A DNA stretch of 64,000 bases from Microcoleus sp. (GTDB lineage: Bacteria > Cyanobacteriota > Cyanobacteriia > Cyanobacteriales > Microcoleaceae), in contig CP181291.1 of assembly GCA_052279835.1 (NCBI GenBank), positions 5,536,001-5,600,000 on the forward strand, given 5' to 3'. The position numbers were made by a program, and so were the translations under genes. Below, one piece after another: positions 19,657 to 30,049 of the stretch. Positions within the stretch are counted from its first letter, which is position 1; the number at the start of each line of letters is the position of its first letter. The notes below the pieces were generated by a model. It saw only the letters and a list, made by a program, of their open reading frames with translations, was not told the DNA's origin and did not search any database.

Positions 19657-22600
19657 TTAACCCAAGACGCTAGAAACATCAATCAATCCTCCATTGCGGC
19701 GCACAATATTTGCCACTTCGGAATACATACTTCCCACTTTACCTTTGTGCTTGGTAAATAGTGAATGGCATCCCACAATTATTAGCAATTCTTGAGCGCG
19801 GGAAAAGGCAACGTTTACCCGTTCTGGCTTTTTGGCAAAGCCAATATCTCCATCGGGATTGTTTCTCACCATGCTGACAATAATAATCGGGCGTTCCATG
19901 CCCTGAAATCGGTCAACAGTGCCCGTTCTAATGGCAAGGGAGGGGAATTTGCGATCGCTAAGCATTTCCTCAATTCGCCTCAATTGAGCACCATAAAAGG
20001 TAATGATACCGATTTCTTTTTTGGGTTGTCCTTCCGCAACTTTCAGGCTCCAAACATCCTCCATTTGTTCGCACAGAATGTCAATGGCTTCGACTTCCTT
20101 AAGATTATACCTTGACGTTCCCTCTAACTGCTCTTGAAATCTTTGTTCTTGTGGCATTTTTACCCAGATTAGGTGATGTTCTGCTCGGATGATGTCGCCA
20201 GCTACATTGTGCGATCGCACTTTCTCAGGCTCCATAATCCCACAACGCAGGCTATGGTCGTAAAATTGATTAATCGCTCCCATAATGTAGGGGTGCATCC
20301 GATACTGAACAGTCAGCCGCCGCTTGATGCTTTCTGATGCAGCTTCAAATTGTTTCTTAAATAGAGATTCTTCCAGAAAGCTGATATCTTCTGGTTCGAT
20401 TCCCATTTCTGTCGCGATTTCCTCTAAACTCTTTTCATGTAGCATTGGCGGTAACTGGCGGTAGTCGCCAATCAATACTAATTTTTTGCCTTTGAGTGCA
20501 GGAATCAGAATTTCTGGAGGCGTACATTTGCTCACTTCGTCAATGATGACTACATCAAAATTGGTAAATTCTTTGAAACCGTAGCCCGCTACTTGGCTGC
20601 AAGTAATACCGATGACGTTGGCATTTTCGATGTAAACTTGCCTCAATTCGCTCTGATCTTGTTCGGAAGGGTTACGGAGTTTTGCGATCCAATCTTGAGT
20701 TAGGTTCTCATAGCCTTTAAGGTGGGATTCTTCTTGAGTGAGTTGTTGATCCCAAGCATCGAATTGTGTTTTGATTTCGTGCAAAAAATTGAGATCGTAT
20801 AAGCCGCTGTCGGGGATTGGTGGCTTTAGGCGATCGGGGATATTTTGCCACGCTGACTCCCACCAGTTTCGTTCACTAATTAAAGTGGGTGGTAGTTGCT
20901 GTTGAGCATCTATTTCGCGAAGTTGACTTTTAGATTTTGACAGGTTTCTTTTGGCGACTTTTACACCGCTCTTGCGGTTAGATGAGTTTCGGATCGTGAT
21001 TTCTCGGATATTCGAGAGTACACCAACAATATTAATAGCGGAAATCCCAGTCTCAATTTGGCTAATACGATTTTCCCAAGAGCGTACATTTTCTGCTATT
21101 TCTGGTGCTAGAGCCAGCATATCTGAAGGGGTTTGAATTGACTCTGCTAAAATGCGTAAATTTTCTGGCACTTCTGGGAATTGAGCAAAGTTTTTCCAGA
21201 GAGCGATCGATTTTTCAAACTTCATGTCAGCTTGGCTATGATAGCTGTCTATTTGTTGTTGATTGCCATAGCGTTTTATCTCTTCCACCGTTTGTATGAC
21301 TGACTTAGCTTCAAACATGGCAAGGAGCGCATCATTTCCATAAGACAATACAATCAGAGCATCATCAATCCATCCAGACAGATTATCCTGCAACCAAGCA
21401 GCTAAACCAAATGTCTCCCGTTGAGGAGGAACTAAACCAAGTTCAGAAGTCAGCTTAACTATTTCTTTAATCTTTGCCTTAAAACCTCGCACTGACTCCT
21501 CTAAAATTATGTAGGGTTTTAGACTCTCAAATAAATTAATTACTGCTACATCTTCCCAATTAATTGAAGATTGAGACATTAGCAATTCTAAACCGGGCAG
21601 GATATATTCAACAATTTCGCGCTGTTTAGCTTCCGCTTGTTGATATACACTTTCCTGATTTCTACAAGTTTCCTCTAACTCTGTCTTGCGCGATCGCAAC
21701 TCCTTGTAACTTTCTTGTAACTTTTCCTCGGCTTGCAAATACCCATCAAACCGAGTGGAACCTGCTAACAAGTTATTAAAAAACTCTATATCTTCCCGCT
21801 GTTTTGCCAACCGCTTCTCGCAGTCATCAGCCGTATTTCTCAGCCAATTGCCAATTACTTTATCTTCCACAAATGGCAAACCTTCCTCTTCCACTCGCTC
21901 CGCACGGCCCTTTCGCAAAGCGCGGATAACGGGACTGTGAATTAAGCGACTCAAGGCATTATCAACAGCCAAATTTGCTTGAGAAGCAATTAAAGTCCTC
22001 CCACCCCGCAGCGCAACTTGATAGGAAATTTCAGCGATAACAGTCGTTTTCCCCGTTCCAGGTGGCCCTTGAATTAGCACTAAATCTGGTGCAGATAAGA
22101 CAGCTTCTACTGCTGCAACTTGGTCATCATTTGCCCCTGATAGCAACAAATCCTCTGGTTTTAGTTTAACAGTTGTTTGTGGGTTTCTTGCCTGAGAAGC
22201 ATCAAAGAAAAATTCTCCTACATAGGGATTTTGAGCAATTCCCATTTGCAGATCGTCTAAAGCTTTTTTCTGCCGCTTAATTTGAGTTAAATCTCCCGCC
22301 GCCTCGAAAGACAAAAAGCCTGTTTTCGGCAATTGATAGTTTCCTTCTCCTATTTTTTCTACTAACTCAGAATCCAGTCTCACCCGGATAAATCCCTTTG
22401 CTTTGTCAATCTCTTCAATAGATCCTAATAAAATTGCCTGCCACTTTGCAGGCTGCGGGACAGATTCTCGCTCTGATGTGCGATCGTCTTGCTCGCGGAT
22501 TTCTTCAACTCGAACTACAAGTTTTATATCCTCATTTCTCGCCTTAGCTGCTCTTGTCCAGAAGTCATCTTGTTTGAGATAAATTCCTGATGACTTGTCA

Positions 22601-23928
22601 AGTTGCGCTAAAGATGCAGTGACCTCAAAAGTGATTTTGCGGGTAGCAGAACCGTAGTTATGACCGGAAAAAGCTACGAAAAATTCTCGCGTTTTAGCAA
22701 TCCGCTCTTCAATCTTTAAAAAGGCTCTCCAACCTTTTAACTGTTCTTCTGTTGGCACACAATCCCCGCAAAATGGAACGGTTTGCATGAGATTTAAAGC
22801 TGAAGTTGGCACGGGTCTCCGCGATTGGTGATTTAGGTGTAGACTTAGGGAGAAAAGAACGGAAAAACCATCACTACGTCCCCGTTCTGAAGCAACTAAA
22901 CGAGCAGAAAGTAAGCGTAAGCCATCGGATCTGCCTTCTGTGACAAGAGCCACCAAACTTAATGTTTTTTGCCGTTTTTCAAGGATTTCTGGTAGTTTAA
23001 CTGTTTCGATATCTGTGGCGATCGCCAGTTCCCATTTTTCTTCGCCCGGTGCTTCTCCCGGCTCTTTGCGGCGGACATAGAAAAGCCTGGGTTCGTCTCC
23101 CAAAATATCAGATAGCAAGTCTTCGGCGCGATCGCGGCGATCGCTAAATTCAGGATACTTTTCCAGAGCATCTTTACCTTCCATTTCACGGATTAGGTAA
23201 TCGATCGCCTGATTCCCTAAAAACCGATATCCCCAATTTTCATCATTATTATTGACAGGTTCTGTTGCAGTTTGTGATGAGAGAGGGGATGGATTATTAC
23301 TGGTTTGAGGTGCTGTAATAATCGCAGAAATTTTGATCGAGACGTTGTGGCTAGATGCTTGCAAAACAATAGAGCCAGATAGATTAGTTCCGGCTGGAAT
23401 ATCTTGGGAATTGAGGACAATATCTAGTTTCTGTAACCCGCAAGAAAGGTAAGGTTGCTGTACTTGTAACCAAGGCGCAGAGCACGAAACTTTGCAGTCG
23501 CCGCCGAGTTGCAGTTGTTCGGTTCGCTGCAAATATCGGTTAGTTTGGATTTCTCCAAAATCGACTGCTGTGGGAATGTCCCAGCTTACTCCTAGCCATT
23601 GGACGTTGGGAGCGCTTCCCAAACATCTTACTCTGTCTAAAACTGGTGCGGTATGCGGTGCGGCTTCGATCGCAACTTCTCCCGTATTCCCGCCGACATT
23701 CCGCTCGATGCTCAAGTTTTCGAGTTTCACTCCGGGGACTGCGATTTTCAAAACAGGTTCGTCAGTGGCAAAAATGATGGTGTTTTCTCCTTCCCCCCGC
23801 AGCACGATCGCTTTTTGAATCGTAAATGGCCCTTTATATTCACCTGCTGTCAATGCGATCTCATATCCATCTTTAACAATTGTCAAAAACTCACCAAAGT
23901 TATTCGGATCGGCGGAGAAAGTAGGCAT
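19657..23928 (-). CDS. Superfamily 1 (Upf1/DNA2-like) helicase with beta-helix and Ig-like N-terminal domains and a large coiled-coil insert
   Basis: QGPPGTGKT, SQANLAVDN, IIDEVSK, GDYRQLPP, QYRMH, TVDRFQGME and RVNVAFSRA. Confidence 0.92.
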   Translation of the reverse strand: MPTFSADPNNFGEFLTIVKDGYEIALTAGEYKGPFTIQKAIVLRGEGENTIIFATDEPVLKIAVPGVKLENLSIERNVGGNTGEVAIEAAPHTAPVLDRVRCLGSAPNVQWLGVSWDIPTAVDFGEIQTNRYLQRTEQLQLGGDCKVSCSAPWLQVQQPYLSCGLQKLDIVLNSQDIPAGTNLSGSIVLQASSHNVSIKISAIITAPQTSNNPSPLSSQTATEPVNNNDENWGYRFLGNQAIDYLIREMEGKDALEKYPEFSDRRDRAEDLLSDILGDEPRLFYVRRKEPGEAPGEEKWELAIATDIETVKLPEILEKRQKTLSLVALVTEGRSDGLRLLSARLVASERGRSDGFSVLFSLSLHLNHQSRRPVPTSALNLMQTVPFCGDCVPTEEQLKGWRAFLKIEERIAKTREFFVAFSGHNYGSATRKITFEVTASLAQLDKSSGIYLKQDDFWTRAAKARNEDIKLVVRVEEIREQDDRTSERESVPQPAKWQAILLGSIEEIDKAKGFIRVRLDSELVEKIGEGNYQLPKTGFLSFEAAGDLTQIKRQKKALDDLQMGIAQNPYVGEFFFDASQARNPQTTVKLKPEDLLLSGANDDQVAAVEAVLSAPDLVLIQGPPGTGKTTVIAEISYQVALRGGRTLIASQANLAVDNALSRLIHSPVIRALRKGRAERVEEEGLPFVEDKVIGNWLRNTADDCEKRLAKQREDIEFFNNLLAGSTRFDGYLQAEEKLQESYKELRSRKTELEETCRNQESVYQQAEAKQREIVEYILPGLELLMSQSSINWEDVAVINLFESLKPYIILEESVRGFKAKIKEIVKLTSELGLVPPQRETFGLAAWLQDNLSGWIDDALIVLSYGNDALLAMFEAKSVIQTVEEIKRYGNQQQIDSYHSQADMKFEKSIALWKNFAQFPEVPENLRILAESIQTPSDMLALAPEIAENVRSWENRISQIETGISAINIVGVLSNIREITIRNSSNRKSGVKVAKRNLSKSKSQLREIDAQQQLPPTLISERNWWESAWQNIPDRLKPPIPDSGLYDLNFLHEIKTQFDAWDQQLTQEESHLKGYENLTQDWIAKLRNPSEQDQSELRQVYIENANVIGITCSQVAGYGFKEFTNFDVVIIDEVSKCTPPEILIPALKGKKLVLIGDYRQLPPMLHEKSLEEIATEMGIEPEDISFLEESLFKKQFEAASESIKRRLTVQYRMHPYIMGAINQFYDHSLRCGIMEPEKVRSHNVAGDIIRAEHHLIWVKMPQEQRFQEQLEGTSRYNLKEVEAIDILCEQMEDVWSLKVAEGQPKKEIGIITFYGAQLRRIEEMLSDRKFPSLAIRTGTVDRFQGMERPIIIVSMVRNNPDGDIGFAKKPERVNVAFSRAQELLIIVGCHSLFTKHKGKVGSMYSEVANIVRRNGGLIDVSSVLG

Positions 23929-24013
23929 AGATGTTTATGGGGGGCGATCGGGAAAAGTATTAATATCATTTTAACCATCTTAAATCCGCAGTTGCTCAAG
24001 TTTCACTGTCACC

Positions 24014-24958
24014 TTAATTCTCGATCGCACTTCGGCGCGCTTTAATCAAAAACTGATTAGCCTTTTCATAATTAGGGCGTTCGGGTAAGCGAGTTGAGCC
24101 AAAGGCGCGATCGAACTCTCGATGCAAATCCAGCCGCCACCGATTCACCTCATCCCACGGTACTTCCTGATTGCGGATAGACAAAAGTTGCGATCGATAA
24201 TCATCCACTCGCACCGGCACAAAACCCTCCTTCAACACCGTAATTCCTGATAATAGCAACCGAATCAAGTGCATCGCGTGCTTCGAGCGAACTTCTCCTG
24301 TATTCCGCAAGTCTTGCTCCATTTTTTTAAACTGAGATAAAACGTAGCCGTTGTAAGTTTGATAAACCAATTTAGACAAAAAGATTTCCCGAATTTCCAG
24401 CAATTCTGCTGCTACAGGGGAAAGGGTTTCTACCAAAGGAGTATACAAACATTCCAGCACATTTGGATTACCTTTGAGCGCCACAATCAAAAACTTTTGC
24501 AGTTCCCAGTAACATTCATCATTTTGCTTGTTTTCCAATTGCTCTGGAATCCCATAAAGCGACCAATGAAGGTTTGCGGGTGGTTGATAAATCCCGCGCC
24601 GATCTGTATCAGATTGCGCGTTATCTAAACCATAGGCTTTGGAACCGACTATGCAGCGGTAAATGACAGAATCATACAGGTTATATTCTGCTAAAAAATC
24701 TGCTTTTGACTGCAATCCTTCGCTCTGAAACTGCTTGCGGATACTGAGTTCGTGTCGCCGCAAACTGATTTCTGTGCCGTCTGGGAGTTTGACTAAATAT
24801 GCGTGAGAATTATCCGTAGGCGATTGAACGATGACACCTACTGCGCCTGGTTTCCAAGATTGATTAGTGGCGGGGTTTTTGACCTCGATTTTGGTGACAA
24901 TCTGGGTTCCTGCGGGGATGATTAAGTTGAAATTTTGGGAAATATTGGCATTTGCCAT
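24014..24958 (-). CDS. DNA polymerase beta-superfamily nucleotidyltransferase (YcgL/RlaP-like)
   Basis: VGSKAYGL...SDTDRRG, KGNPNVLE and KHAMHLIRLL. Confidence 0.88.
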   Translation of the reverse strand: MANANISQNFNLIIPAGTQIVTKIEVKNPATNQSWKPGAVGVIVQSPTDNSHAYLVKLPDGTEISLRRHELSIRKQFQSEGLQSKADFLAEYNLYDSVIYRCIVGSKAYGLDNAQSDTDRRGIYQPPANLHWSLYGIPEQLENKQNDECYWELQKFLIVALKGNPNVLECLYTPLVETLSPVAAELLEIREIFLSKLVYQTYNGYVLSQFKKMEQDLRNTGEVRSKHAMHLIRLLLSGITVLKEGFVPVRVDDYRSQLLSIRNQEVPWDEVNRWRLDLHREFDRAFGSTRLPERPNYEKANQFLIKARRSAIEN

Positions 24959-24982
24959 GAGGGAACCTCCGGCGGGGAACGA

Positions 24983-25017
24983 GTTACAATGTTATTGTAA
25001 CATAAATGTAGTATCAA
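24983..25017 (-). promoter_or_regulatory. Sigma70-like promoter (TTGATA-17-TAACAT) overlapped by the palindrome GTTACAAT-N3-ATTGTAAC
   Basis: -35 at 25017-25012, -10 at 24994-24989, inverted repeat at 24983-25001. Confidence 0.55.
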
Positions 25018-25170
25018 GCAAAGGGAGTTTTGGGCGATCGCCCAAAACTCCCCAAGCTACTGCTCTCCAGATTGAGCACAATAGCCCCTTGGCAACTGTT
25101 ATAAAACTTTGCATTTAGCCCAAAGTAATGGTAGTAAGTTTTAAATGTTGTTTGTAAGGATTAAATCAAA

Positions 25171-25242
<72 letters not shown>

Positions 25243-25357
25243 GTAGATAACTAATCTATCATACTATGTCCAGATTTGCAAGCACAATTTCCCGAAAAAT
25301 TTAGTGGCACTCGACAAAATGCCCGATCGCACGCACAGGCATTAGTCGAGCCTAGCA

Positions 25358-25570
25358 TCAATCAACCAACCACCAGCCCGCCGCGGGGCCGACAAATCGT
25401 ACTACAACCCACCAAGCAACCAGCAAACTAATCCCGATCCAGCTTCCGCGACTTGTCCACTTTACAAAATCTTCGCTTTGGGTTTTCGTGATCGGCAGCC
25501 AAGGATAGATACGTTCTTCTTCACCATACTTGTCGCCGATCGCCTGTTTGCGACGTTTAGATTCGCCCAT
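25358..25570 (-). CDS. DUF2839-family small membrane protein
   Basis: MGESKRRK N-terminus and WVVVRFVGPAAGWW C-terminus. Confidence 0.85.
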   Translation of the reverse strand: MGESKRRKQAIGDKYGEEERIYPWLPITKTQSEDFVKWTSRGSWIGISLLVAWWVVVRFVGPAAGWWLVD

Positions 25571-25650
25571 AATCTTTGTCTACTAAATTAGATTTCCAAT
25601 TGGATACTGAACCAAATTATACGCCAACAGGTCAAACCCGCCCCTAGGGT

Positions 25651-27702
25651 TTAATTTTTACCGTTTCCGGTAGTTAACAAAACCCGCTTTGCTAAAGGTT
25701 CTGGTACTTCCTGCAACCGATCGAATTCCCAGTGGAAAAAGCCGACTCCCATAGTTTGCGATCGCAATTCGACGATAGAATCCTGCATTTCTGCTAGCGG
25801 CACATAAGCTGTAACTGTATCCCATCCTTTCCAGTTTGATTTGCTTTCGTAGCCGAGAATTTGACCGCGGCGACCGCTCACTAATTGCAGCACTTTTGAA
25901 GTAAACTCATTGGGAGTGTGAATCTCCACTTTGGCGATCGGCTCCAGCAACACCGATTCACACTTCGCCATCCCCTCCTGCATCGCCAAACGCGCCGCCT
26001 GCTTGAAAGCTTGTTCCGAACTATCGACGCTGTGATAGGAACCGTTTGTCAGTGTCACAGCTACGTCTACCACAGGGAAACCGAGGGGGCCGCGATCGAG
26101 ATATTCGCGCACCCCAATTTCTACACCGGGAATGTACTGTTTGGGGACGACTCCACCGACGATGCGATCGCAGAAATTGAAGCCTTCTCCTCGTGGCTGC
26201 GGTTGAATGTCTAGGTAAACGTCACCAAATTGTCCATGGCCACCGCTTTGGTGTTTGTAGCGCCCGTGGATGGCTGATGCGGGTTTGCGGATGGTTTCTT
26301 TGTAGGGTACTTGGGGTAAGTGAGTTGTCATCGGCAAGTTATACTTGCGGCGCAATCTCTCTAAAGATACTTTCAGGTGAATTTCGCCTTGACCCCAAAG
26401 TATAATTTCGTGGGTGTCGCCGTGCTGTTGCCAAACTAAAGATGGGTCTTCTTCGAGGAGTTTGGCTAGGGCGCTGGTCATTTTTACTTCGTCGTTGCGT
26501 TTTTCTGGGGCGATCGCCAAGGCGTACACTGGCGACAATATTTCGGCTTTTGGCAATGACTTGGTGCGATCGACTGTCAGGGTATCGCCTGTGTTTACAC
26601 CTTCTAGCCGTCCCAAAGCTACTATTTCCCCGGCCCTGGCGTTGGTTAAGCTTTGGGTTTGCCAGCCGTTTAAACGGTACAAACCGTTAACTCGAATGCC
26701 GTTCAAAGTTGTTCCATCTGCTAAGGTCCCCTGCCATATTCTCACTAACGATAGTTTACCGCCCTGGGGTGTATAATAGGTTTTCAGGACTTGAGCGGTG
26801 ACTTTTTCATCACTTTGTATAAGACCGCGCCTTTGGGCCGTTGTTTCTGGGGCGGGGGCTTCTCGCAGCAAAGCTTCCAGTAATGGGCGCACCCCGAAAT
26901 CTTGTTCTGCAATACCGATGAATACGGGAACGATTAAATCGGCACCCAATTCCATCTTTAAATCGCGGGTAATTTCTTCGGCGTCGGGGTTGATTTCTTC
27001 CAGCAATTCTGCAAGTAAATTATCATCAAAATTTGCCAATTCCTCCAGCATTTGTTGCCGCGCTTCGTTTTCTTGGGCTTGGAGGTGTTCCGGTAGCGGT
27101 ACGGGATCGGCGGGGGCTCCTGGATGGTAGTGATAAGCTTGTTCGGTTACTAAGTCGATGAAACCGATGATTTTTTCGTTGTGTCCGATCGGATATTGGT
27201 GAGGTACGATCGGTCTACTAGAAATAGATTTGAGTGCGTTGATGATGGTGGTAAAGTTGCTACCGCAAGTCGTTTCGTCGGTACAAGCGCGGTCTATTTT
27301 GTTGACAAAAACTAGGTGAGGAATTTCCCAATCATCGAGGAATTTAAACAGCGGCGCGAGGGTGAGAGTTCGATCGGTCACGGGTTCGCAAACTACTATG
27401 GCCGCGTCTACACCGATGAGTGCGTTGAGAGTTTCTTGAGCAAATTCGATGGACCCTGGACAGTCAAGAAATGTGAAGCGGACATTTTCGTATTCTGTGC
27501 TCGCGGCGTTCACTTCTGTGCTCATTTTGCGATCGCGCGCTTCGGGGGAACTATCACCTATTGTATTGCCATCTTTGGCATTACCTTTGCGGGTAATTGC
27601 CCCTGTCACCGATAGCAAACTCTCCAGCAGTGCGGTTTTACCGCTTAAATAAGGGCCAACAATTGCAATGTTCCGCGTGGCCCCAATGACTTTGTGGTTC
27701 AT
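25651..27702 (-). CDS. Elongation factor G-like paralog (EF-G2 type)
   Basis: Divergent G1 GPYLSGKT, DCPG, NKID, YKHQSGGHGQFG and GSYHSVDSS; GGAGG RBS before the ATG at 27702. Confidence 0.92.
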   Translation of the reverse strand: MNHKVIGATRNIAIVGPYLSGKTALLESLLSVTGAITRKGNAKDGNTIGDSSPEARDRKMSTEVNAASTEYENVRFTFLDCPGSIEFAQETLNALIGVDAAIVVCEPVTDRTLTLAPLFKFLDDWEIPHLVFVNKIDRACTDETTCGSNFTTIINALKSISSRPIVPHQYPIGHNEKIIGFIDLVTEQAYHYHPGAPADPVPLPEHLQAQENEARQQMLEELANFDDNLLAELLEEINPDAEEITRDLKMELGADLIVPVFIGIAEQDFGVRPLLEALLREAPAPETTAQRRGLIQSDEKVTAQVLKTYYTPQGGKLSLVRIWQGTLADGTTLNGIRVNGLYRLNGWQTQSLTNARAGEIVALGRLEGVNTGDTLTVDRTKSLPKAEILSPVYALAIAPEKRNDEVKMTSALAKLLEEDPSLVWQQHGDTHEIILWGQGEIHLKVSLERLRRKYNLPMTTHLPQVPYKETIRKPASAIHGRYKHQSGGHGQFGDVYLDIQPQPRGEGFNFCDRIVGGVVPKQYIPGVEIGVREYLDRGPLGFPVVDVAVTLTNGSYHSVDSSEQAFKQAARLAMQEGMAKCESVLLEPIAKVEIHTPNEFTSKVLQLVSGRRGQILGYESKSNWKGWDTVTAYVPLAEMQDSIVELRSQTMGVGFFHWEFDRLQEVPEPLAKRVLLTTGNGKN

Positions 27703-27886
27703 ATTGCCTCCGACTGAAAACAAGTTTTCAATTGCTCTAGAGTGGATTAAATTGAATCTCATCTTCTAGACTGTTTCTAGGTAATTTTTGATTGCACTCT
27801 AGAGCAATTTTAGATTTTGGTATGATTCAATACTTTTGACCCTAGCGTGTTTTGGGTGACAAAACAAAAATTGTATTTTTTCTTAA

Positions 27887-28084
27887 TATTTTGATTTTTT
27901 TACCGCAGAGAGCGCAGAGAGCGCAGAGGAGGAGGAGAGGGGACTGATTATTCCTAGTTAGGGTGGATTTTATGTCGCTCTTGTTGTTATTTTGATTTTT
28001 TTACCGCAGAGAGCGCAGAGAGCGCAGAGGAGGAGAAGACGGGGACTTATTATTCCTAGTTAGGGTGGATTTGATGTCGCTCTT
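27887..28084. repeat. Two near-identical direct copies of about 97 bp containing ACCGCAGAGAGCGCAGAGAGCGCAGAGG
   Basis: Copies start at 27887 and 27988. Confidence 0.85.
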
Positions 28085-28102
28085 CCTCTGCCTCGCATTT
28101 CT

Positions 28103-30016
28103 CTAATTTCTCAGCAATCGCAAGCCGCTTAATGTTACTATTACTGTAGAGCCTTCGTGACCGATGACACCTAAAGGCATGGTAATATTTCCGATAAAAT
28201 TAGCCGCCAGTAATAGCATAATACAACTGAGTGCAAAAACAATGTTTTGTTTGACAACATTTTGAGCGCGACGGCCTAAAATAATTGCTTTTGCTAGCTG
28301 TTCTAATCTATCGGCCATTAATACGATATCCGCAGTTTCCAAAGCTACATCGCTGCCAGCAATTCCCATGGCAATTCCCACAGAAGCTTGAGCGAGGGCG
28401 GGGGCATCGTTGATGCCGTCTCCTACCATGGCGACGGTTTGATACTGTTTTTGCAGTCGTTGAATTACGGCTACTTTATCTTCTGGTAACAGTTCGGCAT
28501 AGACTTCTTTGATGCCTAATTCGCTGGCTATGTATTGAGCTGTTTGCTGATTGTCACCTGTCAGCATAATTATATGTTCTACGCCTAACTTGGTCAAGCG
28601 TTTGATGGTATTGGCTGCTTCGGGGCGGAGGGTGTCTGCTACAGCAATTATTCCCAACAGTTCATCGCCCTGACTCACCCAAACCACGGTTTTTCCTGCT
28701 GCTTGCAACTGCTGGCTGACTTGAGTTAACTCCCCTGTTGCTTGCACGAAATTAGCTTTACCAATGGAGATGATTTGGTTGTTGATTTTGCCGACAATTC
28801 CTTGGCCGACTTTGGCTTGAACTTCGGTGGCGACGGGAAGTGCTAATTGTTGTTTTTGGGCGGCTTCGACAATGGCAATTGCGATCGCGTGTTCTGAGTA
28901 AGTTTCCAAGGCGGCCGCTAATTGCAGAACTTCTGTTTCAGTATATCCGGTGGCGGGGACAATTTGGATAACTTCCGGTTTTCCGGTAGTCAGAGTTCCT
29001 GTTTTATCAAAGGCGATCGCCCTGACTTTACCAATTATCTCTAACTGCGCGCCACTTTTAAACAAAATTCCCTGTTTCGCCCCATTCGCAATTCCCGAAA
29101 GTAGCGCGGGCATAATCGAAGCCATCAGCGCGCAGGGAGAAGCAACTACTAGGAAAATCAACGCCCGATAGATAGTATCTTCCCAATTCCAACCGAAAAT
29201 AAATGGTGGCAAAGTTGCCAACAGCAAGCCAATAATCACAATAAAGCGAGCATAACCACGCTCGAATTTTTCCACAAACATTTGAGAAGGAGGCGCTGCG
29301 GTTTGTGCTTGCTGTACCAGCCGAATGACGCGCTGAATCAAACTGCTTTCTGGGGTTTTGTGAACTTCCACTTGTAGCGCGCCGAAACCGTTAATTGTTC
29401 CGGCATAAACTTCATCACCTGCTGTTTTTTCCACGGGCATAGATTCGCCGGTAATTGAGGCTTGATTCAGGCTGCTAGCACCTTCTATAATTATCGCATC
29501 CGTGGGAACTATTTCTCCTGGCTTGACTAAAATGCGATCGCCAATTTGCAATTTATCGATCGCAATTTCCCGTTCATCGCCATCAAGCACCACCCTAGCA
29601 GTATCCGCAGTCAAACTCATCAAACTGCGGATGCTGCGTTCAGTCCGCTGCATAGCATAACCTTCTAGGGCACCGCTAATCGCAAAGATTAAAATCAAAA
29701 CAGCGCCGTCAATAATTAAATGATATTCATGTCGCCACAGCCCCAAACTGGCCGCCCCCAAAGCAGCCACAATCATTAGCAAATCGACATCTAATTCATG
29801 TTCTTGAAAAAGTGTCGTTAATCCTTCGCGGGCGCTAGAATAACCACCGATGACATAAGCAGCCGGGAGGATGAATAAAGCCAAACCCAACCAGCCTAGT
29901 TGCAGCGCTAGGGAACCCAAAATGACCAAAATTCCGCAGAGGGTGGCGGTTAAAGCGTCGGGATGTTCTTCTGCTAACTGAGAGATGCGAGAAATTGAGA
30001 TGGAATTAGAAGTCAT
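28103..30016 (-). CDS. coaT: P1B-4 type heavy-metal (cobalt) exporting ATPase
   Basis: TGES, VVASPC, DKTGT, GDGINDAP and HEGST; no N-terminal metal-binding domain; divergent from coaR. Confidence 0.85.
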   Translation of the reverse strand: MTSNSISISRISQLAEEHPDALTATLCGILVILGSLALQLGWLGLALFILPAAYVIGGYSSAREGLTTLFQEHELDVDLLMIVAALGAASLGLWRHEYHLIIDGAVLILIFAISGALEGYAMQRTERSIRSLMSLTADTARVVLDGDEREIAIDKLQIGDRILVKPGEIVPTDAIIIEGASSLNQASITGESMPVEKTAGDEVYAGTINGFGALQVEVHKTPESSLIQRVIRLVQQAQTAAPPSQMFVEKFERGYARFIVIIGLLLATLPPFIFGWNWEDTIYRALIFLVVASPCALMASIMPALLSGIANGAKQGILFKSGAQLEIIGKVRAIAFDKTGTLTTGKPEVIQIVPATGYTETEVLQLAAALETYSEHAIAIAIVEAAQKQQLALPVATEVQAKVGQGIVGKINNQIISIGKANFVQATGELTQVSQQLQAAGKTVVWVSQGDELLGIIAVADTLRPEAANTIKRLTKLGVEHIIMLTGDNQQTAQYIASELGIKEVYAELLPEDKVAVIQRLQKQYQTVAMVGDGINDAPALAQASVGIAMGIAGSDVALETADIVLMADRLEQLAKAIILGRRAQNVVKQNIVFALSCIMLLLAANFIGNITMPLGVIGHEGSTVIVTLSGLRLLRN

Positions 30017-30049
30017 TGGAAAAATTTGATTTGGTAGAATGACTCCTGT

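Noticed and set aside
25651..27702. Canonical fusA or a tetracycline-protection protein
   Set aside because: The G1 motif is divergent and there is no rpsL-rpsG-tuf context, so it is best called an EF-G paralog.
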